Shown here one piece after another: positions 1 through 11,627 of a DNA stretch of 64,000 nucleotides. Origin of the DNA: Eledone cirrhosa (lineage: Eukaryota); contig OZ024740.1 in assembly GCA_964016885.1 (NCBI GenBank), positions 319,610,001 through 319,674,000 of the forward strand, in the 5' to 3' direction. The first letter of the stretch is position 1, and the number at the start of each line of letters is the position of its first letter. The notes under the pieces were generated by a model that was not told the DNA's origin, did not search any database, and saw nothing but the letters and a program-made list of their open reading frames with translations. The position numbers and the translations under genes are program-made.

Positions 1-279
1 ACCTCATGGATAGGTTTATTTTATGTAATTTACTTCACGCTGGAACTATCTTTATGGTTATTTCTATTGAGCAGTATTCTATCTCCATGGCTAATAGAAC
101 TTTAATGTGTTTGAATTAACTTTAAAGGTGTAGGTTGGTGAACAAGACTAGACTACGATACCATTTAACTGGAGTTACTGGGATTGGGGTTATAACTATC
201 TCACCTTTGAGTCCACTCACATGATTATAGTATAGGGCTGTTCTATCAACATTTTCTGTATAAGGGAACAGATTTGAGA

Positions 280-700
280 GCCTTCTACTTCTGTTATCAA
301 CTAAGGTTTTGAAAATTAAACCCGTAAAAGGGTTTTATTTTGGTTATATGAACGATTTGTATAAACAATGCTTCAATAACACCCAGGTTTGTATAAACTA
401 GTAGTTAAATAACATACAGGAAATAAACTATTGTTAAATTTGTCTATTGTGATTTTAAGAACAAAATATTTGAAAGCACAGATATCCTTTCCTAGTTTGA
501 AATATTTCCCATGTTTTACATAACTAATTTGTCATCCACGTATCATCCAAAATCGGCAGAGGGGAACATTGTATTCAAGGTATCTAATATATACAATATT
601 ATAAAATCATCTATATCTGTGCTATCGTGCTATCGAATGACCCTATATATACATCAAGGACATCTTGACTCAGGCGGAGCCCTTGTCAAAAAGCACATTT
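280..700 (-). pseudogene. Highly decayed Penelope-like reverse transcriptase fragment
   Basis: Minus strand at 531-542 reads YVDD, the RT catalytic motif; the flanks are broken by stops and frameshifts and only loosely resemble PLE RT. Confidence 0.35.
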
Positions 701-939
701 TTCCTGTAGGCGTTACAAATTCTATGTGACTATCATCTATTGCTATGTATTCTAGCAGAATCTAGTGCCTTATCTAATAGCTCTTTAGAGATCGATGGAT
801 GAGAAGTTGCCAATGTCAAATTAGATAAATTTGGCATTGTTTTTACTGATAATCTTATCAAATATATACTGTGAAGCTATACAAGAGTCAACCTACAAAC
901 CTATAACGACATTAATAGAAAAGCAAAATACAGCAGTGA

Positions 940-1160
940 AACATAAAATAGATGACGGGTTAGAGACACTCAAAACGTAAAGAATTTATCACGATTAAAG
1001 ACCATAAATATAATTTGCTTCTAACCCTAAGCGTAGTTGATACATCTGGCTAAAACTGAGATCGAATTAGCTGGCAGGGACATACCTAAGAACATTAATA
1101 ATAAAATCAGGAAAGCTACTAATCTCACTCAGTGAGGTAATGATAATGTTGTCATAACTT
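940..1160 (+). pseudogene. Penelope-like RT N-terminal fragment
   Basis: EFITIKDHKYNL...IHLAKTEIELAGRDIPKNINNKIRKATNLTQ* resembles the FITLKDHK..NPKCRLINPAKSEIG..ILD.IN..IR..T.LNQW block of invertebrate PLE RTs; frameshifted. Confidence 0.6.
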
Positions 1161-1429
1161 GCTCGTTTTCACTTTCTCTTGTTCTCTACCTTTCCAGCTT
1201 TTACTGCCATACATTGTTATCACATTTCATTTTGCACCTGAAATTGGGTCCGACTAAGTGACAGCCAGACCATATCCGACCATACGTCACTGTATGTTAC
1301 ACCCCCGCTCACCACATGCCTACATTCTGTTGCAAATATGACAGTAAGCTAAGGGTCAATGTCGCTACCAATCTTTTTTTGTCGTGACTTTCATGTGGTG
1401 ACTCTCATGTCGTGTCGTATTAGGGGTGT

Positions 1430-1610
1430 GTTTTGGGTAAGATGCAACAGCTCTATTTGTTTTCTTGCTTCTTTCACAGCTTTGAAGATCAGTTATACAC
1501 TCACTCCTATATCGCTTACTTAAATCAATAGTAGAAACATGATCCCATGCATTATTTAAGGCTTCTTTCAACTCTTCTGTAGAGGGCAATTGAAAAGTCC
1601 CCTCCCTCAT
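1430..1610 (-). pseudogene. Tc1/mariner transposase C-terminal remnant
   Basis: ORF 1365-1610: STEELKEALNNAWDHVSTIDLSKRYRS resembles the post-DDE helix 'ELKEAL..AW..I....L..LY.S' of Tc1 transposases. Confidence 0.5.
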
Positions 1611-2309
1611 TAACGAAGCAGTGATAAGTTAACTTATTTTTCAAGCAAGGAGAAGCTTTCGTTAGTGATATATTAGTGTCATCATATTACATTTTGTCCT
1701 CTAGCTGAGTAATGTCTAACACTTCTTTTTGGTCAGAAACACGAGTAAAAGTATGGTAGATCATGTTGTCGTTAATACCGTTGTGTCAGTTAAATTAATG
1801 TTTTCGCTTGTTAAATTTGTGATATTTTTTCACTTGACTAGGTATGTCTGCCTGTTTAATTATATTTTTCTTCTTTTCTATTCATATTCTGGGTTGTTAT
1901 GTTCAATGTTGGTTTCCTTCGAAGTGTTTAAGACGAGAAGACATAGAAATTAATGCAAGCACGAAACGGAAAATTTATGTCTAGGGATTTTTACTACCCC
2001 AGGTATTAGGATATTCGTCCACGTGTTCCAAAGTACCATTTATGTAAAATAATTAAAACTAGAACAACTAGCGTTTATAAAACAGGTAATATTTTAAGCT
2101 GTTTTCTTTTGGCCACTCGATGAAAGCAAATCATTTGGGTATATATATTTTATAAGCATTTCGATTCTTGAAGCGTAGTAGTATGTCTACAGAAAAATGT
2201 ATAAAATATATTTTTTTCATATATCTTGTTTTATTTGGACGTATCTTTCCGTTTGCCTTATTTTGTAGCTCATTAGTCTGGCCTTTCTTAATTTTTTTAG
2301 CACTGTAAA

Positions 2310-2523
2310 GGCGGTGGATTGGCAATATCGGTAGAACATCAGACAACATGCTTTGCAGGAGAGTTATGGCGTTTTACATTCTGAGTTCAAATCCCGCCAG
2401 AGTTAACTTTACCTATCATCCTTACGGTGTCGATAAAAATAGTGCCAGTAACGCACTGTGGGTCGATCTAATCGACTTTCCCCTTCACTAAAATTGTTGG
2501 CCTTGTGCTTAAACCAGAAACCA
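2310..2523 (+). mobile_element. tRNA-derived SINE family 1 (~200 bp)
   Basis: A-box-like TGGCAATATCGG, B-box GAGTTCAAATCC, body CATCCTTACGG..GTCGATAAAA and tail GGCCTTGTGC..AGAAAC; at least 9 copies in the window. Confidence 0.85.
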
Positions 2524-2978
2524 TTTATGTGTTCAGATTCCACCAAAATCAGAAACCATAATTTTATAGCTCTGAATTTAACGTAATTTAGTATTAAACT
2601 CACCTTTATACAACGTTTTGGTAGGCATTGTACGAAAAACATTGAAATATATTTGAGGAAAACTGAAAGGAAATTTCTATTGTTTAACAGGTTGGTGTAA
2701 ATATTTACTCTGAAATATAACTTATGGACAATCACAATGTTTTGTCAGTTTCTGATGTCATAGCTTTAGTTTGTGACAAAGGCCAAGATATACAAAACGA
2801 AGAGTTCTCACATGCTGTTCTTTTTATGCTTTATGATAAAAGAAAAATACGTATATATATATATAAAGAGAGAGGGAGAGAGGGGGGGGGAGATAATTAC
2901 ATTTACTTGCATAACAATTCAAGCCTGTTTTAACGATTATTCATGTTTATATATATGCATGTTTGTATACACACACAC

Positions 2979-3014
<36 letters not shown>

Positions 3015-3285
3015 ATGTATATACATATATATATATATGTATATACATATATATATATATATATATATGTATATAAATATATATATATATATTTCGTTTC
3101 TGAATTTGTTTAGCAAGATTCTTTATCTGAAATCGTGTGTTGAAACCGATATTGTTATACTTTGGGAGGGTCATGTTGCCAATAAGAAACACACGCACCA
3201 GTTGCTTTCACTTCAATTTATTATAATAAATTTATAAATTTCTGGTTGGTTAGTTGGTTCCACAACCAGATAGTTGTTTATATAT

Positions 3286-3330
3286 AGTCATAGTTCTTTC
3301 GTCACACACTCTGTGACCTCTTCAGTGACT
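3286..3330 (-). ncRNA. Minimal type I hammerhead ribozyme motif (family A, left arm)
   Basis: Exact reverse complement of 3454-3498. Confidence 0.75.
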
Positions 3331-3453
3331 GGGGATTCCTTTCTTTGTTTCTGTGTCTCTCCTTTGTTCTGTCCTACGCCATTTTGTTTCTGTGAAACAA
3401 AATGGCGTAGGACAGAACAAAGTAGAGACACAGAAACAACGAAAGGAATCCCC

Positions 3454-3498
3454 AGTCACTGAAGAGGTCACAGAGTGTGTGACGAAAGAACTATGACT
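3454..3498 (+). ncRNA. Minimal type I hammerhead ribozyme motif (family A)
   Basis: AGTCA-CTGAAGA-G-GTCACA(gagtg)TGTGAC-GAAA-GAAC-TA/TGACT: 5-bp stem I, intact core, 6-bp stem II, rudimentary stem III. Confidence 0.75.
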
Positions 3499-3646
3499 AT
3501 ATATAAACAACTATCTGGTTGTGGAACCAAGCAACCAACCATAAATTTATAAATTTATAAATTTATTATAAATTTATTATAATAAATTGAAGTGAAAGCA
3601 ACTGGTGCGTGTTTTTCTTATTGGCAACATGACCCTCCCAAAGTAT

Positions 3647-3688
<42 letters not shown>

Positions 3689-3691
<3 letters not shown>

Positions 3692-4089
3692 GATAAATCT
3701 ACCAAGAGTTTACGGTAGTGTCCAATCCGTATGAAGAACTCAATGTATTCCGGATAACATGGAAAGAAGAAATGTAATGAAAAATCACTTTCGGTGAAAG
3801 ATAAACGGTATACAGAGTCAAGATAAAATATTAAACAAATAATGAATAAACAATTCCTTATATTAAACAAAAAAAGTTCATTATTTAACGATCGTTTCTA
3901 GGATATATATGTGTTGGTATGTATATTTAATCTTGATAGTTTGTATAATTTTGTATAATTTTGTACATAGATCTGTTGAATATGCATGCCAACTCTAACA
4001 CATATATATCCTAGAAACGATCGTTAAATAATGAACTTTTTTTGTTTAATATAAGGAATTGTTTATTCATTATTTGTTTAATATTTTAT
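3689..4089. mobile_element. Fold-back element family C between (TA)n tracts
   Basis: ~92-bp inverted repeat 3824-3915 / 3997-4089; the left arm has an extension; contains GAAACGATCGTT (palindromic, HHR stem III-like). Confidence 0.65.
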
Positions 4090-4229
4090 ATATATATATA
4101 TATATATATACATATATACACACATATATATATGTTCATATATGATGATGACAGCAACTTGATTTCGAATAATGCCATCACTTGATACTTAAGTATGAGC
4201 ATCGCGGACGTGGTATTTTAATCCTGCTA

Positions 4230-4600
4230 AAGACTTGTCTATGGCCAGCAATACCATGCATCGTAAAATCAAGCGATGTCTGTGCTTGAAGATTTTTTAA
4301 GTGAGGAAAGGCTTTGCACGGGTCCAATCCAAACTCTCTGAATATCGAATACATTTGCCCCCAAAAGAAGAACTGGTCTATATCCTTGGATGCAAACGAA
4401 GTTGCAGGTTTTAGAGCCAGATGACGGCGCTTTGCAACATCAGAGATATGAGGCAGGGATCCATACAGAGACTTGTTTGTTGGGGGACGTCTCCAAGTAT
4501 GCTGTATGTAGGGCGCAGCTTCCTGGTGTATGATGCATCGAGTCTCTTGCGCCGAACACTATTCAGCATTCAAAACTTCGAACTGTACATATTCATGTGT
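4230..4600 (-). pseudogene. Decayed RTE-clade LINE 3' fragment
   Basis: Minus frames give RKRLDASYTRKLR and WRRPPTNKSLYGSLPHISDVAKRRHLAL, paralleling the 24608-25083 RTE fragment. Confidence 0.6.
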
Positions 4601-5339
4601 GTGTATGTCGGCTGAACAATGAAAGCAAAGCAGTCGAGTTTTTGTGCTTAATTAAATCTCTTACGATCGCATCAAAAGCCAAATTAACCGGCATATTATC
4701 GAAATATTGACTAATCGATAACAGTTATGTAACTCCCCAGTATTAGACTAGATAAAATACACCCATTCTGCCGTTCATTCTCAGAAACCTTTACTTCAAT
4801 GAGATATTCATAACTACACCATGTTGAGATCTAACAGTGTTATTAGTATAACCTTGATTAAGTAGAATATTAATGAATGTAGTCAGACGGATGGGTGGAT
4901 GGATGGATGGATGGATGGATGGATGGATCCAGCGATAAATAGATCAATCGATAGACAGACAAGCTAGATAGTGTCAATGTTTCTGCACGAAACAACGAGA
5001 CGCTAAGAATTACGACTGGGAACAGTTATAACATCACCTTCGCTCGTCAGCCGTCAAACTAGATCGGACAGTGCAATTTCAACTTGTTAACAATGTTCGG
5101 TCTAGTTTGAGAACTAACGTGCGAAGATTATGTTATATCTGTTCCCAGTGATAATTGTTTCACACACATCCCTGGAAGAAATGTATGCGAAACAATAGAA
5201 GTCAGCAGTGTAGACATACAAATTATAGACAGAAGTGTAGAGTAACGCTTAGGTTTACGAACAGAATGTCGTTTGACATACCACAGAATAAAATACACAA
5301 TAAGGCAACGAGATAAACATCAAAATGAAACCTACCAAC

Positions 5340-6125
5340 AGAACAGTCGGCTTAAATTTGCAGACGTCATGATACTACTTAACTCGTCAGTAGGTGATCT
5401 TCGATAAGCACTGGATAGGTTTGATGCTGATTGCTGCAGAGCTGGAATGAAAATCACTGCTACAAAGACAGACACTCGTTCTCTCAAAGAAACCTGCACA
5501 GTGTACGCTACATGTGAATGGAGTTTCACTGAATCAGGTGGAGACGTTCAAGTATCTTGGGGACGTGTTCACGAATGATTAAATATAGGATGAATTAAGT
5601 GCAAGAATTGCAGTACCTGGTGCAGTAATGCACCAGTTTCAGCATTCGGTAATCAGAAGAAGGGAGGTAGGTGTAAAAGCCCAACTTGCTATCTTCAATT
5701 TAGTATGCGTGCCAAACCTTTCCTGTGGTCATGAATGACCGAAAGAATACCATTGCGAATATAAGCGGCCGAAATGGGATTCCTCCGAAGGGTCTTAGGA
5801 GTAATGTTACTCGATTGAGTGCATAACTCGGAGATAAAAGAGTCGCTTCAAGTAGAAGCGCTACTTCTTCGAATTGAGAGATTACAACTCCGATACAACG
5901 GGTATGTCTCAGGAAAGAATCGTTGGACAGATTTTACGGACAAATACAACCGACAAGAGACATAGGAGTAGACACCGAGCAAGATGGTTGGATAACATCC
6001 ATGAGCTTGGCTGGTCTCGCTTGGGTATCCAGCCAGATATGTTGGAGATGGTTGCTTCAGACATAACCCGCTGGAAGGAGTGTTTGAGGACTCCACAAAT
6101 CTCTCAGGAATAAGTGGGCGAAGAA
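5340..6125 (+). mobile_element. 5'-truncated RTE-clade (Expander/Rex3-like) LINE, RT C-terminal part
   Basis: FAD..., QVETFKYLG, SVIRRREVGVKAQLAIF, AAEMGFLRRVLG, MSQERIVGQIL..RARWLDNI; frameshifted; similar copy at 10966-11627. Confidence 0.85.
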
Positions 6126-6237
6126 GTTTCGCCGTTTCAGCCAAATATTTGATTTAATGAACCAGACTTTTCATCCATGGAGGTCCAGTGAAGACCATTC
6201 CATCTATTGTATATCAGACACTATATTGTATGGATGT

Positions 6238-6307
6238 GGAGGCGCCTGGCTTAGGAGTAAGGGCGTTCGACTCACGATTATAATATCATGGGTTCGATTC
6301 CTGCACT

Positions 6308-6368
<61 letters not shown>

Positions 6369-6500
6369 TCCGGAGAAAAATACTTCATTTCACATTGTTC
6401 CTGTATACTCACCTTAAAATGAATACCAGCAATGACTGCAGATTTAATCCTGCGATTGACTGGTATCCTGCCCCGGAATAAACACCACCCTAGTGAACCT
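6238..6500 (+). mobile_element. tRNA-derived SINE family 2 with internal (GT)n
   Basis: GGAGGCGCCTGGCTTAG head, GGGTTCGATTCC B-box, core CCTGCGATTGACTGG..CCTG; homologues at 19790-20022(-), 21815-22060(-), 42110-42330(-). Confidence 0.7.
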
Positions 6501-7129
6501 TCCGGTTCGAGAAAGTCTTTACACATATATTGTGTTGTGGTGAATATGGCTGCTATTTTTAGCAGATAAAGTGACCGCGTAAAAAAATCCTTCGTTGGCT
6601 GCAGTGACTCTAAGTAGTTATTAGTTCTAAACGTATAAACGTATGTAATTAAAGTTTATTTGTTCAGTTTTAGTTTGCTGTTACCAAGATACAGATGCCA
6701 CATCACTGCATCTATTTAAGTGGGTCACCGAATTTCCCACTTGTAAATTCTGTTGCTGAGGGTTTTTCATCAACCCCCTCTATAACGGCTCCACTCTGAT
6801 GGGAAATAAGAATAAAATAATAAAATCTAGTTTGTTTTCTTTTGCAGAATCTTATAGAGTAAGGTGGTGGTGGTTGGTGGTGGTTCTCTATGAAGGTTGT
6901 AAGCAAGACAAAGATTTAGTGAAACTAGTAAACTGGTGGTTTGGAACAGCAGAAAATGTCTTAGATTTAATGTATCAAATTTGGTATTTTACAAGAAATA
7001 TTTTAAAGAAAATATTTTGAATACTTTGCTGATTTGGTGGTGGAGATGTGGGAGGGAGCTGCAAAACAGGAAAATATCACCAAAATAAAATTCATAACTA
7101 AACGAAGGAATGCACAATAATAAAAACGA

Positions 7130-7585
7130 CAGTACACTTCTAAAATGATTTGAAACCTGTGGTTAGAAGTGTAAATATCCGGTAGACGCCAGAAGCAGTG
7201 GGAACAGTTGAAATTTGAAATGTAGTCTTCCCAACGCAAATGACCATAATAATAATAGTTTTAAAAATCGGGTAAAATAACCCTAAAAAGCGAAACAAAG
7301 TGGACAGTGGCTCATATTAGAAATCAAACCTGGGATCTCGCGGGTGACGGGTGAGTGATTCTAAAAAGAAAAAAAAATGAAGGAAATAGTGGCCAACGGC
7401 TCTTTAGTGTAGTGGCTAATACACTCTGGCAGATGTGGGTTCGATTCCTCGTAGACGCTTCTTCTCAGGATTTTTTTTCCCGTATAAAGTAGTATTTTAT
7501 CAGATTTTCTCAACTATCATTATGATCATTTGCGTCGGGAAGACTACATTTCAAATTTTTACAATGTTTTTTAATTCAACCACTT
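7130..7585. repeat. Diverged inverted duplication with outward-facing tRNA(Asp)-like heads
   Basis: 7208-7278 is the reverse complement of 7493-7560; 7397-7460(+) has TAGTGTAGTGG...GGTTCGATTCC; 7305-7362(-) has a CCGTCAC anticodon-like loop. Confidence 0.5.
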
Positions 7586-7589
7586 ATAC

Positions 7590-7627
<38 letters not shown>

Positions 7628-7701
7628 TCACTTATGTGTGTGCGTGTATGTACGTGTGTATGTACGTATGTATTTGTGTATGTTCATTATAAATATATAT
7701 A

Positions 7702-7763
<62 letters not shown>

Positions 7764-8263
7764 ACATATGTATGTAAATGCTACCGATGGCATAAACAAC
7801 GGCTTATTTATAAACATCCATCACATCACACTGTGGCACATGCATTTATATCCAACTGTAGTGACAACAACCTTTATGTTTGAACTTCATTTAAACTGCT
7901 ACAAAGACCGAATTTACCAGTGTTGAAAAACATGCTTGTGACTTTTATACCATACATTCCGTCTTTTTTATTGTTTTTCGCTAATCCCACGGTCTTGGTT
8001 TGCGAAGTTAAACCTAATCGTGGGCGTGGTTGAGATTGTAGTTCGATACCCGAGCAATCCAGGTTTTTGTTTCGTAAAAAAAACAAAAAAAAAAACAATG
8101 TATACCACCGTAGGGATCGTGTCACATGATGTTGCTTTTGTCTAACACCAGGCCAGCACTGGTTGAACAGATATGTGATCAAATACATTTCAGGCCTGGA
8201 AACTGAACACTGATCTCGATCAGGTGAATGACAACAATCTAAGACAGCAATATAAGCGAAAAG

Positions 8264-8908
8264 ATCAGTGCTACTCGGCGTTGCACGGGATAAGGTATTT
8301 TGGAACGCGAAACGCCAACAGACCTAATCGTGGAAAAACTGCATGCCTGGACAATATGTCAAGAAAATAAACCGAATACTCTGATGGCTGGATAATATTT
8401 AAGATTTTCCTCGATGAAGCAGGAAAAATGCAGGTTTTCACCTAATGCGGGCCCTAGGGGATCAAGAAAATGAATTTTTTTACGTGCATAATATGCCTTG
8501 AAATTTCGGGGAAATCGGCTAGACGTAACACCTCGAAAAAGCCCTAAAAAGCTGAAAAAATGAAGTTGTTCACCTAATGCGGGCCCTAGGCCATAAGAAG
8601 TTGGATTTTCTTTGCTCACAGTATGAACAAGAGACTGACTAATACATAGTTACAATTTCAAGAAAATCGGTCTGACGTAACGCCTCAGAAAACCCCTAAA
8701 AAGCTGAAAAAACGCAGTTTTTCACCTAATGCGGGCCCTAGGGGATAAAAAAATTGAATTTATGTGCATAACACTCCCTGAAACATAAGGAATACACATG
8801 TAAATTTTGAAAAATATCGGTTGGGTACTTCTCGAGTTTTAGGGATTCAAACTCACAGGCACACACTCACACAGACAGACAGACATCCTCAGTTTTATAT
8901 ATAGAGAT
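8264..8908 (-). mobile_element. Non-autonomous Helitron
   Basis: Minus strand starts TCTCTATATATAAAA followed by (GTCT)n and ends with the decayed hairpin CCCGTGCAACGCCGAG near a CTAG-like end; three internal repeats (CCTAATGCGGGCCCTAGG at 8441, 8573, 8725). Confidence 0.75.
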
Positions 8909-9148
8909 TAGTTATACATTATGAAGTTATTAGCCAGACCCCCATCCGCTAACATGCTGTTCTTTTCATTAAAACAAAGTGTTAGCCTGTCAATAATGAT
9001 TGTTTGAAAGTTGCTTTTCTTGATGAGCAGCCCCCTTTTAGCTTTCTTCCTTTAGCACGCATGACGGGATCGAACCCGAAAAGTTTGAACTTCTTAATCA
9101 CCCAGCCATGTAAGCGATCACATACTCAACACACACATACACAAACAC

Positions 9149-9322
<174 letters not shown>

Positions 9323-9327
9323 TGTGC

Positions 9328-9366
<39 letters not shown>

Positions 9367-10523
9367 ACAATACAACATGTTTGCAAGTATTGTCACTCAG
9401 CACAGGAACCAACTTCCTACTGCACATAACATTCATAATAACACCCAACAACATATAAAAACCAATTGAAAATATCCCCAATAGCAAGGAACCTCTATAT
9501 GATTACTTCATCTCCTTGAAATTACATCATCCTATCGTCATAAAAGACCATATTAAAGATGAGCCTAGCCACACTAAAATATGACGGGATAGTTACAACT
9601 GGAATAACTTTTGATCACAGATCTACTTAAAGAGAACTGATCTGGGGTTAAAGAACGGTAACAAGATGTACAGAGAATACTTAAGATGTTCTTGAACTTG
9701 AACGATATACTATTCTGAAGGATGCCAATGACGTCATATCTTCTAAGGTCTGAGTCTTGCTGAACTGGCATTGTTTCACAAAGTCCGTGATCTCTGACAT
9801 ACTGCTACTTTGCCAAACCAATTAGTTTATATGATTCTCTCTGCATGTTGTAAAGTGTTAACTGTGTGGCAACGTCTAAAAACTCCACTTAACTTTCACT
9901 CTTCGCTATAACATGTCATCATTTCAGCCATATCTAATTTCTGCTACCTTACATTTAATAACAAATATTGCCTCTTCACAAATTCATAAATTTTGTAGCT
10001 TCACAAGAGGCTCTTGTAAACGATGGCTTTCATTACAGCATGGATGTTTTTCTCTTGCTGCTGATACTATTGATGCTGCTGTTGTTGATGTTATTGTCTG
10101 CGTTGCTTCGCTTTTGAGTGTTGTTGCTGACAAAGTGTGCATTTCTTTAGCTACGGTTGTTGATTATGATGTAACAATCAAATTCAGCAAATAAGATGAT
10201 AATTGTAAAACTAATATCACGTGTTTATTAGCAGATGTAGAAACTCAGAAAAAATAGCATTTATTATAATATTATCAGACAGAGGCGTGTTGGTATTACA
10301 AAACAAAACGACTTAATGCACGATAAACCATTTATTATTACCGTTATATGTAAACAAATGAAGCAATCTAATTATAATAAAGGGAGGAGTGCGGGACTGA
10401 GTCCATTTTATTTTTTTTTTATCCCGTTAGTAAAATAAGTTGGATTACTTTGAATAAATAATGAATGAATATTATATAATTTACCTACTAAATTTCGTAA
10501 CTCTTGATTAAATATAAATAATT

Positions 10524-10780
10524 TTATTGTTGGAAAATGTAGTTAGCTGACAGGACACGGTATTTTAGGTTTTTTTCCTGTTCAACTGTGGATGTTGTAA
10601 CTCTCGCTCTTACGGCTGCATCCCGGATGTGGGAAGAAGCAAAAGAGTCACTAACTGTGACGTCCCAGATAAGGCACCTGTCTCTTGAACATGGGCAGAA
10701 GGTAAGAGCGTCAATTCTGGACAACCCAAACGGTTCTAAAATTGAAGGGATGTTTGCCCGGGTCAAAGCTCTTAAGTGGT
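10524..10780 (-). pseudogene. CRE-clade non-LTR retrotransposon restriction-like endonuclease fragment
   Basis: RALTRANIPSILEPFGLSR.DALTFCPCSRDRCLIWDVTVSDSFASSH..EQEKNLKYRVLSANYIF matches the LEP.GL.R..GKRPDG.T..PW..GR.L.WDVT..D.....K..KY motif; the RPD segment is deleted. Confidence 0.75.
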
Positions 10781-10965
10781 AATAGGACAGTGTGTGTATA
10801 TGCACGCGCGTGAGTTTGTCGGCGTTCTTAAATTAGAGGCGTGTGTGTATGTGTCACCGTTTTAAAGCTAGAGACATATATATGTGTGTATCCCTTTCCT
10901 TCCTTTTAAACACATACATTCACATAAACACACACACATTGTGTGACGAACGGATGGGCAGAAGT

Positions 10966-11627
10966 CCCTCAAATGTATATACATGTGAATGGAGTTCTAT
11001 TGAAGCAGGTAGAGAAGTTCAAGTATCTCGGGGCCGTATTCACGAGTGATGGAAGGCAGGAGGCTGAATTTAGTGCAAGAATTGCAAAAGTTGATGCAAT
11101 AATGCGCCAGTTTCAGCATTCAGTAATTAGAAGAAGGGAGGTAGGTGTAAAAGCCAAACTCGCTGTCTTCCTGGTATTCCTGCCAACCCTTACCGAGGGT
11201 CATGAATCTTGGGTAATTACCTAAAGAATACAATTGCAAATACAAGCGCCCGAAATAGGGTTCCTCCGAAGGGTCTTTGGAATAACGTTACTCGATAAAG
11301 TGCGTAGCTCGAAGATCAGAGAGTCACTCCAGGTAGAGCCGCTACTTCTCCGAAATTAAAGATCACAGCTCCGGTACTATGAGCATGTTGTTAGAATGTC
11401 TCAGGAAAGAATCGCTGGACAGATTTTACAGACAAAACCAACCGGCAAGAGACCCAAAAGTAGACCCTGAGCAAGATGGTTGATAACATCCATGAGCGTG
11501 GATGGTCTCGCTTTGGGATCCAGCTGGATCAGTTAGAGATATTTACTTCTGACAGACTCGCTGGAAGAAGTATTTGAGAAGGACTCTTCCCCCACGACCC
11601 TCTCAGAAATAAGTGAGCGAAGAAGAT
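10966..11627 (+). mobile_element. 5'-truncated RTE-clade LINE (same family as 5340-6125)
   Basis: ORF 10943-11224 VNGVLLKQVEKFKYLGAVFTSDGRQEAEFSARIAK...GHESWVIT; shares the 3' end CTCTCAG.AATAAGTG.GCGAAGAAG. Confidence 0.85.

Larger units (their letters stand above)
3092..3654. mobile_element. Fold-back non-coding PLE-derived element (family A), head-to-head pLTR-like arms between (TA)n tracts
   Basis: Near-perfect inverted repeat 3149-3390 / 3394-3654 with a 3-nt loop; the left arm carries an extra ~55-nt tail; homologues at 42897-43650, 49238-49483 and 24388-24462. Confidence 0.85.

Noticed and set aside
7397-7460. Functional tRNA gene (also 49600-49660)
   Set aside because: The cloverleaf is incomplete, with the anticodon arm or acceptor stem disrupted; only tRNA-derived.
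9700-9800. Possible HHR (CTGAAGG-ATGCCA...TGGCAT), and similar weak hits at ~23220-23320 and ~59614-59665
   Set aside because: The GAAA, stem III or core nucleotides are missing; indistinguishable from chance by eye.
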